From: Octopus sinensis
Lineage: Eukaryota
Length of the DNA stretch: 64,000 nucleotides
Assembly: GCF_006345805.1 (NCBI RefSeq)
Contig: NC_042998.1
Location: forward strand, 57,660,001-57,724,000
Direction: 5' to 3'
The notes under the pieces were generated by a model, which was not told the DNA's origin, did not search any database, and saw nothing but the letters and a program-made list of their open reading frames with translations. Both the position numbers and the translations under genes were made by a program. Below are positions 1 to 11,390 of this stretch, piece after piece; position 1 is the first letter of the stretch, and the number at the start of each line of letters is the position of its first letter.

Positions 1-30
1 ATTATTATTATTATTATTATTATTATTATT
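1..30. repeat. (ATT)n microsatellite
   Basis: Ten ATT units at the window start. Confidence 0.95.
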
Positions 31-428
<398 letters not shown>

Positions 429-464
429 ATTATTGTTATTTCAATTTTTTTCACAAGAGCAGCT

Positions 465-610
465 TGTTCAACTGGTACCTATTTCATCGTCCCCGAAAGG
501 CTGAAAGGCAAAGTCGACCTCAGCGTAATTTCAACTCTGAACGTTGTGGCAGACGAACTACTACTATTTCGCCCGGCATGCTAACGATTCTGCTTGCTTG
601 CTCGCTACCT
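465..610 (-). mobile_element. tRNA-derived SINE, family C
   Basis: Contains GAAAGGCAAAGTCGACCTC and TTTCGCCCGGCATGCTAACGA, both shared with the copy at 39170-39335. Confidence 0.75.
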
Positions 611-2249
611 TAATAATAATAAAAATATGTACATAAATGTACATATAAATATATTCATACGCACACACACACACACAATCACACACACACACTCACACGC
701 ACGCACACATACATATAAAAATAGAAATGTCGATTTTCAATTTGGTCATAATTAGTCTGAGGTCATGAAGATGCGTACACTAAAAAATGTTGGTCTTGTG
801 TCAAGAGTTAGACATATAAGGATGAATAGAATTGACAGGAATATCAATGCAGCGAATTAAATGCTATACATTATTTATTGAAAGTCCCTTTATGTTCTGG
901 GTTCAATTTCATTGTGAATGACATCTTTTGTAGGAAAACTATTAATACTCTGAGATATTAAGCGTAATGTGATGCTTTGCCATTTCTGTTGCTGCCTTCT
1001 AATGGGAATAAGTTAAACCAGTTTTTGTTAGAATACACTAAAGAGTATACCTTTTGATAACGGGTCGTCGAAGAATTTTATAAAGCTACTTGTGAGCTAG
1101 GGTTTTTCAATGGCAGATGGGCAAAAGCAACGTATATGACTCCATTTGAGAACCCCAGAGACTTGCATGATAAAATAGAACTTATGCTTAGGCCGAAGAC
1201 CTCATTTGATATTTGCAATTGTGTTGACTCCATTAATAACATCAAAATGCTAGGTACTTGTGTTAAACCAAGCAATAGATTAAGACACCCACGCATGAAT
1301 AGAATCAGTTCATTAGTAGACAAGCGTTAATTCAATTTCTGTTACCTAATTTTACCACAAAGTCTTTGGTAGACTTTATTTTAATTGTAGAAGATATTTG
1401 TCCAAGAATGCTGTCTCGTGGCATCGACCTAAAAACTATTGGATAGTTACGGAGAAGGAAGTGAACCACCCCGAGTGACGCTTTTACGCGGGGCAACACC
1501 TTTGGGCCCGTCATATAAACCTGCACAGGCTTTCAGACCCGAGTGTGTGTGTGGCAAACTCAAGAGCCGGTAGACACTTTAGCTACACCACTGCTCCAAA
1601 AGACCCATTCATGTGAAATTAGCTTCTTCAGCACGCACCCGTACTTGCTTCAGTAGCATGTCAGCAGAGAGGCTGAATTTTCTACAAGTCATGAAAAGAA
1701 AATGATTGATATTAAGCTATTGACCTGCAAGTGAATTTACGAAATGTTATTCATTGATGTCTAAGATTTCTAGAGTAACTATTGATTTTTGAAACGCATT
1801 TCGACTACAGATAAGGTTATATTAATTTTTGTGTAGATTAATTTTCAAAATCTACTGGTAAGATCCGTTAAATTACTACACATATTCTCACACGCGCAAA
1901 AAACAAACAATCAAAAGCATCCAAATAATGAATGATTTTGTTACTATACTTAAAGTAATGAAGGCAATAGCGATGGTTGAAGCATAAGCTCTAACTAAAC
2001 AATAGCGGATTTGCTGTCAACATATTATAAATGTGATAGACGTTTATATGTTGTTTTATCGCTGTTGTTTAGCTCTGAAACTAATGTTGAGTGTGTACGA
2101 GAAGGTGAATAATTAAAAACTTCACAGCCGTCTCATCCCTTATTTTTGTACATCTATAACTGCATTTCAATACAATAATGTTTTTTTAAGGGAAGATTTG
2201 CTTACTATTTCTTGCAGGTTGAACAACGGTATTCAGTCCTCAAAATTTA

Positions 2250-2620
2250 GCATGTACTTACTTGTGGCGATATTCACCCTGGGCGGGTTGAGTCGGCTTC
2301 TTCTACTCATGGAAGAAATTTCGTGGGAATATGTGGATTTCACAAGCGGTGCCCAACAATCCCGCATATGGAAACATCCTGTTTGCCGCAGATTGTCCGC
2401 AGGCGCAGGAACAGAACGACCGAGGAGCCGCCTGTTGCCGAAGCAGACACTCCGAGGATTTTTACCAGAGCCCCGTCTGCCGGGTTGTGGCCCTAATACC
2501 ACTCGGTGTCAGACCAATCCGCCTTGGGTGGTTTACCAGGAACAGAAGTTCCCGACGGCATAGCTCTGACACTACCCGTTGCCAGCGTCCCCACCACGGT
2601 GAGGAGGGGATGGACTTTGG
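2250..2620 (-). mobile_element. 5' fragment of an RTE-clade LINE (5' UTR plus start of ORF)
   Basis: GC-rich island. The minus strand carries CACCGTGGTGGGG...AGAGCTATGCCGTCGGG...CCTGGTA...CCCAAGGC, resembling RTE 5' UTRs as I recall them. The minus ORF reaches PRVNIAT, similar to the xxNIATWNV start of the APE endonuclease, and then similarity stops. Confidence 0.45.
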
Positions 2621-2924
2621 GGCTAGTAAATCTTATAATCGGGTTTAACTGTTCTAAGTAAACTGATTCAGTTAGCAGGTGCAGTGAAGGAATGCGTCTC
2701 ACAACGTATCCTTTCTTTTACATATATAACGTCACATTGTGCTTTTCTAACTTTGTAAAGTATCTTTGACAGTGTCCCAGAAAGTCTCCTGGAAAATTCT
2801 TGGAGCCAGTAAAATAAAAGCTGTCAGTAAATAACTGAGATAAGAACCAATATTAAATAACACATTCCGACAAATATCAATAAGCATTTTTAGTTCATCA
2901 TTTGTTGTCAACATGATCGACTAG

Positions 2925-3330
2925 TATATGTGTGTGTGCGTGCGTGTGTGCGTGTGTGCGCATGTGTCTGCGTGTATGTATTGTATTTATAAGCCTACGT
3001 TTGTGTGACTGTGTGTGTACTTGCATGTTTGTTGTATTTGTGTGCGCGCGCCTGTATTTGTGTGCGTGTCCATGTTTGTATGTGTGTGTTCGTCCATGTG
3101 CGTGTGTAGAGATGGTTGTGAATGCATGAGGTATTTGTGTGTGAATGCATGCTTGTTTTTCATATATATGTGTGTGTATGGATGTGTGTGGAGTGCATCG
3201 CTGTGTAGGCAAGAGAGAGAGAGAGAGAAGGGGGAGAGGGGGCAGAGAGGGACAGCGAGTGGGAGAGTGAGGGGATAGAGGGAGATAGGCAAAGAGAGAG
3301 TGAGAGAGATGGGGAAGAGAGTAAGACAGA
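2925..3330. repeat. Degenerate (TG)n then (GA)n low-complexity tract
   Basis: Direct reading. Confidence 0.85.
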
Positions 3331-3760
3331 CGATTAACTAAATAGATAAATTATATTATTTTCATTCTTTTTTCCGAAGCCAGTGCTCTTCATTACATCC
3401 CTACTCCGAGTATCCTGTACAGTGTACATCAGGCGACTGACCATAGTTTGTGTATTGCTGATTCAAACGTCATTAGTCAATACAACGGCCTTCAGTAACA
3501 GCGGAATGAAAATATATCTCTAATAGTACAACATCTATTGTTATGTTTATTAAAGGAACATTAATCAGTCTGCCGTTGATATAAGCTTTTAAAAATATTA
3601 TGTTTTCACTTCAATGTAATCATTTGCTTTCCTTCGATCTGTAGTTCTCGTTGCTGTTGTTTAACCCTGGGCTGGCTCCAATCTAGCAGGCCAGTGATAA
3701 AAATTATTCCAGCTACGATCATCGTATCTTTTTGTATATGTAAAATCATATTACGACATA

Positions 3761-3932
3761 GGCGCAGACGTGGCTCTGTAGTGCATCGTAAGCAGTTTAT
3801 CTCCTAATACGCATGGTTATGGGTTCAGTCTCACTGCGTGGCACCTTGGCCAAGTGTTTTTCCCACTATGTCCCTGGGCACACAAAGCTTTGTGAGTGGA
3901 ATTGGTAGACGGAAACTGAAAGAAACCTGACA
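3761..3932 (+). mobile_element. SINE family A (tRNA head plus CORE-like segment), left arm
   Basis: GGCGCAG head, GGTTCAGTC B-box-like motif, CCTTGGCCAAGT CORE-like motif, GGTAGACGGAAACTGAAAGAA, then (TA)n. Confidence 0.8.
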
Positions 3933-3952
3933 TATATATGCATGTATGTATG

Positions 3953-3988
<36 letters not shown>

Positions 3989-4014
3989 TGTTTATATAAT
4001 ACAATTGTTTGTTC

Positions 4015-4095
4015 GTATTCCACCTGCCTTCGTCTTTTGTTTATTTCCGTAAACCTGCCTTCGTCTTTTGTCTGTTTTCATAAAGCTTCCCGTTA
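4015..4095 (+). mobile_element. PLE pseudo-LTR tail fragment
   Basis: CACCTGCCTTCGTCTTTTGT (locally duplicated) matches the tail at 55155-55200 (minus strand) and ends at (TA)n. Confidence 0.55.
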
Positions 4096-4101
4096 TATAT
4101 A

Positions 4102-4145
<44 letters not shown>

Positions 4146-4219
4146 TTATATTTATATAAATGTGTTTAGATATTTTCCTATGGTAGATTTAATACACAAA
4201 TACAGTAAGATCTAATCGA

Positions 4220-4350
4220 AAGTGGGACTGGAGCAATGTGAAATGAAGTACTGTGCTCAAGAACACAGCGCGCAGCCTAGTCTAGGAATCGCACCCAAGA
4301 TCTAGTGATTGTGGGTGCTGCAACCTAACCACTAGGCCACACGCCTTCAC
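4220..4350 (-). mobile_element. SINE family B, 5' part
   Basis: CTGGAGCAATGTGAAATGAAG...GCTCAAGAACAC block shared with 39345-39592 and 43430-43635. Confidence 0.7.
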
Positions 4351-4454
4351 AAGTATATCTATCTATCTATCTATGTATCTATAAACACATATATATATAA
4401 GTAAATGGATAGATATACATACATAAATGCACACATTTATACATAAATGTATTT

Positions 4455-4506
<52 letters not shown>

Positions 4507-5429
4507 GCATACACACATACTTGCATATGATAAGCTTCGTACAGTTTTTCATGTACCAAATTCGCCCACAAAACATTGATTGGTCCAGAGCTAGGATAGC
4601 CGTGAAATAAGCCTGAGCGAGTTGAAAAGCTAACATGCGTGAACGGGAGAGAGGAAGAGAGAGTGGCAGGGAATGCGGGCTGGCTGTCTGGCCAGCTAGA
4701 TTGCTAGGTAGATCGAGAAACAGTAAAATCGATAAAATAAATAGAAAGATAGAGAGGCAAAATTCAGGGACAGACAAGAGAGTCGTGTATACTTTTCAAC
4801 TTCTGAAATAAAATACATTTCCGATATGAGAATGACATAGCGTTGTTATAATTGCACCATTAACATGTTAGTTGCGTATCATTATAGCAAAAGAGGATGT
4901 TCTACATAAACCCGGATATCAGATCCGAATCATATATTATTTTCTTTTACTGATGTACTTGAATTCCTCCACAAACTTCAATACTGTTGCTCCAATGGAA
5001 TTTAAGAACCGATTCTTCTGCCAACTGATTCGCTAAAACGAAATTACTCGAAATGCGGCATACTGCGTAACTGTTGGATACTGAAGTGCAGGGGAAATTT
5101 CACTTCATATCGAGACTTTAATTTATTTCATGATATCGATGGACTTGTAATTATTGTTCTCTTTTTCTCAGCACAATTTGTTTTCCAAAAGTCAAACTCA
5201 AGGGAAATAATTATACACTTAGAAGAACATGCACTCATAATGAACTCCGTCAATACACAAGTATACGAACATTACATATACTCTGGATATCACATGATAT
5301 AAACAAACTTATCATTCAGCATAATTTTTTTCCAAAAGTCAAGCCCAAAGGACATACTCACCCAAGAGTTGTTACTCAAGAGTTGACCCCCTTGATTTCA
5401 TGTTTTTGTTTACCAAAATGTTTGGCGAG

Positions 5430-6346
5430 TCTCTATCGTAAATTCTTCCTTATGGAAGAACACCTTTCGTCTTGAAACCGAAGATGGTCGTTTTTCTTCT
5501 AGCGCTGACTTAAGCCACTCATGCTGCTCGAGTATTGCTTGGTTTGGATTTAAAAGTTCAAAATGGAAGAAACCTTTCATATCCCACCAGACAGATAACA
5601 ACAACTTACGTGGGTAAAGATCTTCTTTAGCCGGCAGTGCCGGTATTTCTTCTTTCCCTACCCACTGTCTTCGACGCTTGACATTTTCATAGAGAACCCA
5701 TTTCTCGTCACCAATCATTAATCGGCCTAAAAAAATGTTTCGTTCGTGAGACTTGACAGAATAAAAGAGCACATATTCACTCTCTGCGAGCGATTACACC
5801 GGGAAAGTTTGTGAGCAACCCATTCACCAAATTTGCTGACTTTTCCTATGGCAGGTGTCGATGAACGGTTGAATGACCAAATCCAAGCTCCTCTGCTAGT
5901 TCCTCAACAGTTACGATGGGATTTTGTTCTACCTGGGTTTGCAGGACGTCCTCGTCGAGCTCTATAGATTTTTCAGGACTATGCTCGTTTACTAGGCTGT
6001 AGTTTCCGGTTCGGAATTTCTGGAACCACCTCGGACACTAGCTTACGCTTATTGTCCGATCCGCGTATACAGCATTAATATTCTTCTCACTTTCCGTTGT
6101 GTTGTTGCTTTATTGAACTCATAAAGCAAAATATGCCGAATATGCTCCTTTGTCACTTCCATTATAGGTTTGAAAAAATAATTGTTAGAATCGAGCTGCA
6201 CTCTCCAAAATTTGCACTAAGAATAACGATAAGGTAAAATTACTACCTGCTTTTATAGCCAGTTGATGCAGGGAGTTTATCCCGTCCCGCTCCGATTTTT
6301 AGTTCAGGCAATTGAAAAAATGCATTATTTATATAATGACCCAATA
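5430..6346 (-). mobile_element. Mariner transposase remnant with left TIR
   Basis: Minus strand begins TATTGGGTCATTATATAAATAATGC (TIR-like). ATG at 6162 gives MEVTKEHIRHILLYEFNK. Downstream are GDEKWVLYEN and KLLLSVWWDMKG, the first and flanking DDD motifs. Frameshifted and 3' truncated. Confidence 0.9.
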
Positions 6347-6349
6347 TAT

Positions 6350-6366
6350 ATGTGTGTATATGTGCG

Positions 6367-6399
<33 letters not shown>

Positions 6400-6965
6400 A
6401 TAAGTATGTATGTATGTATGTATGCATGTATGTATGTATGTATGTATGTATGTATGTATGTATGTATGTATGCATGTATGCATGTATGTGTATGTGTGTG
6501 CGCGTGTTCGTATTAGTGCCTGTGGTTGTCCTCTCACAAACCAGTGTTGGTGTGTTTATGTCCCCGGTAACTTCGGCAAAAGAGACCGATTTGATAACTA
6601 CCTTGCTTAAAAAATAAGTACTGGAACTGATTCGTTCGCCAAAAGTCCCTTCAGTGCAGTGCCCCAGTATGCCCGCAGTCCAATGAATGATTGAAGTAAA
6701 GGTATCTATCTATCTATCTATGCATTTATAAACACACGTAAACACAGGCACACGTATGTATGTATGTATGTATGTATGTATGTATGTATGTATGTATGTA
6801 TGTATGTATGTATGTATGTACGTATGTATGTATGTATGTACGTATGTATGTATGTATGTATGCATGTACGTATGTATGTATGCATGTATGTTTGTATATG
6901 CGTGTGTGTATATATATATATGTATATGTGTGTACGTGCGTGCGTGTGTATACGTATGTATGCTG
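6350..6965. repeat. (TATG)n/(TA)n microsatellites flanking a SINE family A right arm (6515-6705)
   Basis: Direct reading. The central part carries GGTGTGTTTATGTCCCC and CGGCAAAAGAGACCGAT. Confidence 0.8.
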
Positions 6966-8267
6966 CGTTAAGTGCATCAGCGCTGTTTTATAAAGTGTGA
7001 TTCTCGTCAATTTTCTGTCACATTCAACACGTAGCATGTCACAGAAGAGAATCAATCATATGTGACTGACATCAATTCACTCGTGCTTAATATTTATGGT
7101 GACTGTCACAAGCCATTAAGGCATTGACGATTCGCATAATTTACTGAATTACTAACATAAGTACTTTGTCTATGAAACATAATGCATTAATCATAAATCA
7201 TTTTGCTGCATCGCATACTACTCGTGGATAGGACTAGCGCTTTGGGTTTGAAGTTAAGTCTACAAGCTGTGTTTATTCTGTCGACTTTGCCTAAAATACT
7301 GATTGGATGCACCAAATAATATCTATTACAGTTTACTTAGCAATGCGTGATTTGAGAATTTTATCTGTTTATGAACATAAAGACAACACCACGCTAATCA
7401 TATTTTAATATATTTAGCATATTGCATTAATATCTCAGATAATTTCAGTCATTAGTCATGACTTTATGAGACGTTAGTAACAAGCCAATGAGATATCGCC
7501 TGTGTGATACCTCGACCAACGAAATTAGTGTGAAATATATGTAAGTTTTGCGATCGAAGACGTTATGGAATAAATTTAAACTATAACTGCAACACTTACA
7601 CTATGAGTTACAGTTTGTAAAGAAACATACGTCGCCTATATTTTACCTGTTTTACTGACTCAGTTTGTGCGTGTTTTTATACACACAAACACACACGTAC
7701 ACACACACAAACACACATAAACTCATAAACACACACACAGAGGCACACACACACATACACACACATACATACATATATATATATTTATATATATATATAT
7801 ATATAAAGTAAAGTAAATAATGATAGCCACGTCCACAAGCTTTGATTATAGGTCTGCTGGATTATATCTGAACTTGGGTAAAATAATCAGAACAACTTTA
7901 AGTGCAGGAAAAAAAAATGAAAGAAAAAATAACTAAAATAATACAGTGATTAATGGTAAAACTAATTCCAATAACTCGTTACACAGAAGAAGTAGATATT
8001 ATGAATGTAATGAATAGCCCAATAGAAAGATTTTATGAGAAATGTATGTCCAACAGCTTCTTGAGGATTTCGTTAGTTAATATTAGAATTAATAATCAGA
8101 CAGATTCTTTTCTTGCAACTATACAAAGCGCAGTTCGCAGTGGATGGCTTAGTATTCTTAAATCATATTAAGATATTGATTTTTTCCTGCAATTACTTGT
8201 ATGTGCAGATCTTTTTCCTCACGAAATTGTGCTGATTTAAATACGCTAATTCATACTTTCGAATAAG

Positions 8268-8438
<171 letters not shown>

Positions 8439-8916
8439 GCCTTTCTGTTGATCATTTAGAAGCCAAACAACTAAATATACAACCAATCATCAAATAATCA
8501 ATCACTCTGTTCATCGATCAGTCACTTTTTCTATTTATTGATGACTTTTGCTTCACTACCGTAATAATGTAGGTTTTAGATCAAAACCACCAAACAGACC
8601 TGATAAGTGCACCGAAACCGTGTGTGTCTGTGGTCTGAGTTCAAGTATTTTCTATACAATATTGCATCTTTAGTTACGCATATCAAAACATACTATTCTT
8701 ATACTTATTTGTCATAGTAATGTCTTAGTACGTATCTTAAAATCTGGTTCTTAATTTATGAGCCTCTTCTTGCCAAACTGATGCGTGACAAGCATGCACA
8801 CAAACCTTGTACTTATGTATAAGACATGTTTATATAGCATCTCTGAAGGATATTGGTCAATGAGACACGCTGTGTAACTGAATCAGATCCACGTGGCCAC
8901 ATAGAGGACTTCTTTA

Positions 8917-8959
<43 letters not shown>

Positions 8960-8962
<3 letters not shown>

Positions 8963-9516
8963 TGGCTGCCCCCTCATTATCGAGCATGGCCATTGCATGA
9001 AGCTTAATTAATGTTGTTATCGTGCAATGCCTGTGCAAGAAGATTTTTTTTAAGTGAGGAAAGGCTGTGCACTGAGTCAATCCCACTCACTAAGCAGCAG
9101 CAGCGATAATCCGAAAAGAAGAACAAGTCAAACATCATCGGTAACCACTGAGCCGCAGGTTTTTTATGTCGGAGTTATCCCAGTTACCTGAGTTACCTTC
9201 TCCTAGAAGGCTGCCCTAACAAAGGCTAGGAGTTCTTCACTCCCAATGGTTTAACCGCGCGATCAGGTATTCAGTCCGATTATTTCTATGTCCCCGCGCA
9301 TAATACAGCCTTAAGACATTTATTGGATGGCCGTTGACTCTCAAGAGTTCCTCCGGCCTTTGATGGGATTTGTTTTCCATCCCGCAGGGTGTCCAATAAA
9401 CACCCTCCTCACCAAGCAACCCTCGCGGGGTTGCCGGTTTAGTCGACGACGACCCGACCATGCAACATGTTGTACTGGGTTACATGTTACCAGTATTACT
9501 CAAAAGTGACCTGACA
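8960..9516. mobile_element. Unclassified ~555-bp interspersed element, copy 1 (TG...CA ends)
   Basis: Aligns end to end with 38203-38755 at roughly 85-90% identity by eye, and both copies are flanked by TA-rich microsatellite. Confidence 0.75.
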
Positions 9517-9518
9517 TA

Positions 9519-9571
<53 letters not shown>

Positions 9572-9697
9572 TACATACATACATATATATGCATGTATAT
9601 ACACATGCATACATACACACATATATATGCATATATATATAATATATACATACATACATATATATATGCATATATATATATATGTATGTATGTAATA

Positions 9698-10111
9698 GGC
9701 GCAGGAGTGGCTGTGTGGTAAGTAGCTTGCTTACCAAGCACATGGTTCCGGGTTCAGTCCCATTACGTGGTACCTGTGACAAGTGTCTTCTACTATAGAC
9801 TCGGGCGACCAAAGCCTTGTGAGTGGATTTGGTAGACGGAAACTGAAAGAAGCCCGTCGTATATATATATATATATGTGTGTATATGTATATGTTTTTGT
9901 GTCTGTGTTTGTCCCACACAACGTCGATTGACAACCGATGGTGGTGTGTTTACGTCCCTGTAAATTAGCGGTTCGGCAAGAGAGACCGATAGAATAAGTA
10001 CTATGCTTACAAAGAATAAGTTCGTGGGTTAATTTGTTCGACTAAAGGTGGTGCTCCAGCATGGCCGCAGTCAAATGACGGAAACAATATAAAAGAATAA
10101 AAGAAAAGAAA
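9698..10111 (+). mobile_element. Full-length SINE family A
   Basis: tRNA-like head (TGGCTGTGTGG, GGTTCAGTCCC), CORE-like segment, internal (TA)/(TG) linker, right arm ending GGTGCTCCAGCATGGCCGCAGTCAAATGAC, and an AAAAGAAT tail. Confidence 0.9.
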
Positions 10112-10112
10112 A

Positions 10113-10440
10113 TCTATTATATAAGATTCCGTTCTGTGTTTGTGTGTGTGTGTGTGTGTTCTAGGATCTCGGGCATCCTCCATCCGATTCAGCTCAAATT
10201 TGACATGTAGATACCGACGATATCAGGGCGTGTATGAGTCTTGAAAAAATTACAAAAATCCATTCCAAGTGAGAATGCGATCGATAAAGCCGTTTTTGTC
10301 CTGCTTTTCTTCTATCAACCTGTACCTTCCATTTTTTGTTGTTTTTGTACTGCTTAAATGTACGTTTTTTTTTCCTGCCATGCTTACTGTTTAAACCATG
10401 TTTGTGTTCTCTTAGTCAACATCCTTATCATTACTGGTAC
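10113..10440 (+). mobile_element. 5' part of a non-autonomous Helitron-like element
   Basis: A|TCTATTATATAA start, short TG/CTGT repeat, then ATCTCGGG...CATCCGATT...AAATTTGAC, a layout typical of Helitron-N/DINE-type elements. No 3' hairpin-CTAG found. Confidence 0.55.
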
Positions 10441-10479
10441 TTTAAACTCTTCGGTTGCATATTTGTGTGAATATTAATT

Positions 10480-10765
10480 GTCGACGGCCCGGTAAGTGCC
10501 GACCTTGGTGTCAACGGGTAACGGGGAATCAGGGTTCGATTCCGGAGAGAGAGCTGCGAAACGGCTACCGCATCCAAGGAAGGCAGCAGGCGCACAAATT
10601 ATCCACTCTCGGCACGAGGAGGTAGTGATTAAAAATAACGACGTGGGACTCTGTCGAGGCCCCGCGATGGGAATGAATACACTTCAAATACGTTAACGAG
10701 GATCGACCGGAGGGCAAGTCTGGTGCCAGCAGCCGCTGTAATTCCAGCTCCGGTAGCATATATTA
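10480..10765 (+). pseudogene. 18S rRNA fragment (dispersed pseudogene)
   Basis: Contains ACGGGTAACGGGGAATCAGGGTTCGATTCCGGAGAG, AAACGGCTACCGCATCCAAGGAAGGCAGCAGGCGC and GGGCAAGTCTGGTGCCAGCAGCCGCTGTAATTCCAGCTCC, with substitutions at universally conserved sites. Only about 285 bp, with no other rDNA nearby. Confidence 0.95.
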
Positions 10766-10784
10766 TTTAAAAATATATACATAT

Positions 10785-10945
10785 TCGGCGGGCTTCCAAA
10801 CAGTTTTCGTCCACCAGATTCATTCACGTGGCACTGGTCGGTCTGGATACAGAAGAAAACACTTGCTCAAGGTGTTGTGCAGTGGAATTGAAACCAACTC
10901 GTTGGGAAGCGAAGTTCTTACTCAACCAAATGCTCATAAATATTC
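10785..10945 (-). mobile_element. SINE family A left arm, degraded
   Basis: CACTTGCTCAAGGTG and GCAGTGGAATTGAAACC. Confidence 0.6.
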
Positions 10946-11069
10946 TATTTCTCACTACTTTTGTAAAAAAAAAGATGCTGAAATTTTTGGAGTAATTGAC
11001 CGCCATGATTGAACCTCATTCTTTTAAGTATTTATGTGTGTGTAATCTTAAGGTTGAAACGTCTTAATC

Positions 11070-11390
11070 TGGCGCTCCGTCGGATACGATGACGAAGGTT
11101 TCAGTTGATCCGATTAACAGAATTGCCTGCTTGCGAAATTAGCGTGCTTGTAGCTGAGAACTACACAGTTGCGTATACCCTAAACGTAGTTCTCAAGGAA
11201 ATTCAATGTGACACAGAGTTTGACAAGGCTGGACTTTTGAAATACAGGTACATCTCATTTTTGCCAGCTGAGTGGACTGGAGCAACTTGAAAAAAAGTGT
11301 CCTGCTTAAGAACTCTCCGCGTCACCGGGAATGGAATTCACGAGCTTACGATCGTAAGCCGAATACCCTAATCACGAAGCCCTCACTGAG
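11070..11390 (-). mobile_element. SINE family B with long 3' tail
   Basis: CAGCTGAGTGGACTGGAGCAAC...CTGCTTAAGAAC block plus a tRNA-like head near 11390. Confidence 0.65.

Noticed and set aside
1060-1700. Moderately GC-rich stretch with several 60-80 aa ORFs
   Set aside because: I translated most frames by eye and found no recognisable motif or consistent splice signals, so it is left unassigned.
2198-2648. Plus-strand ORFs with an apparent acceptor (TTGCAG at 2217) and a signal-peptide-like start
   Set aside because: Better explained as the antisense of an RTE 5' fragment; no domain similarity.
8595-8630. CAGAC-CTGATAA-GTGCACC-GAAA-CCG...GTCTG hammerhead-like motif
   Set aside because: G8 is missing, helix II has one pair, and there is no NUH triplet. 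It may be a remnant but cannot be supported.
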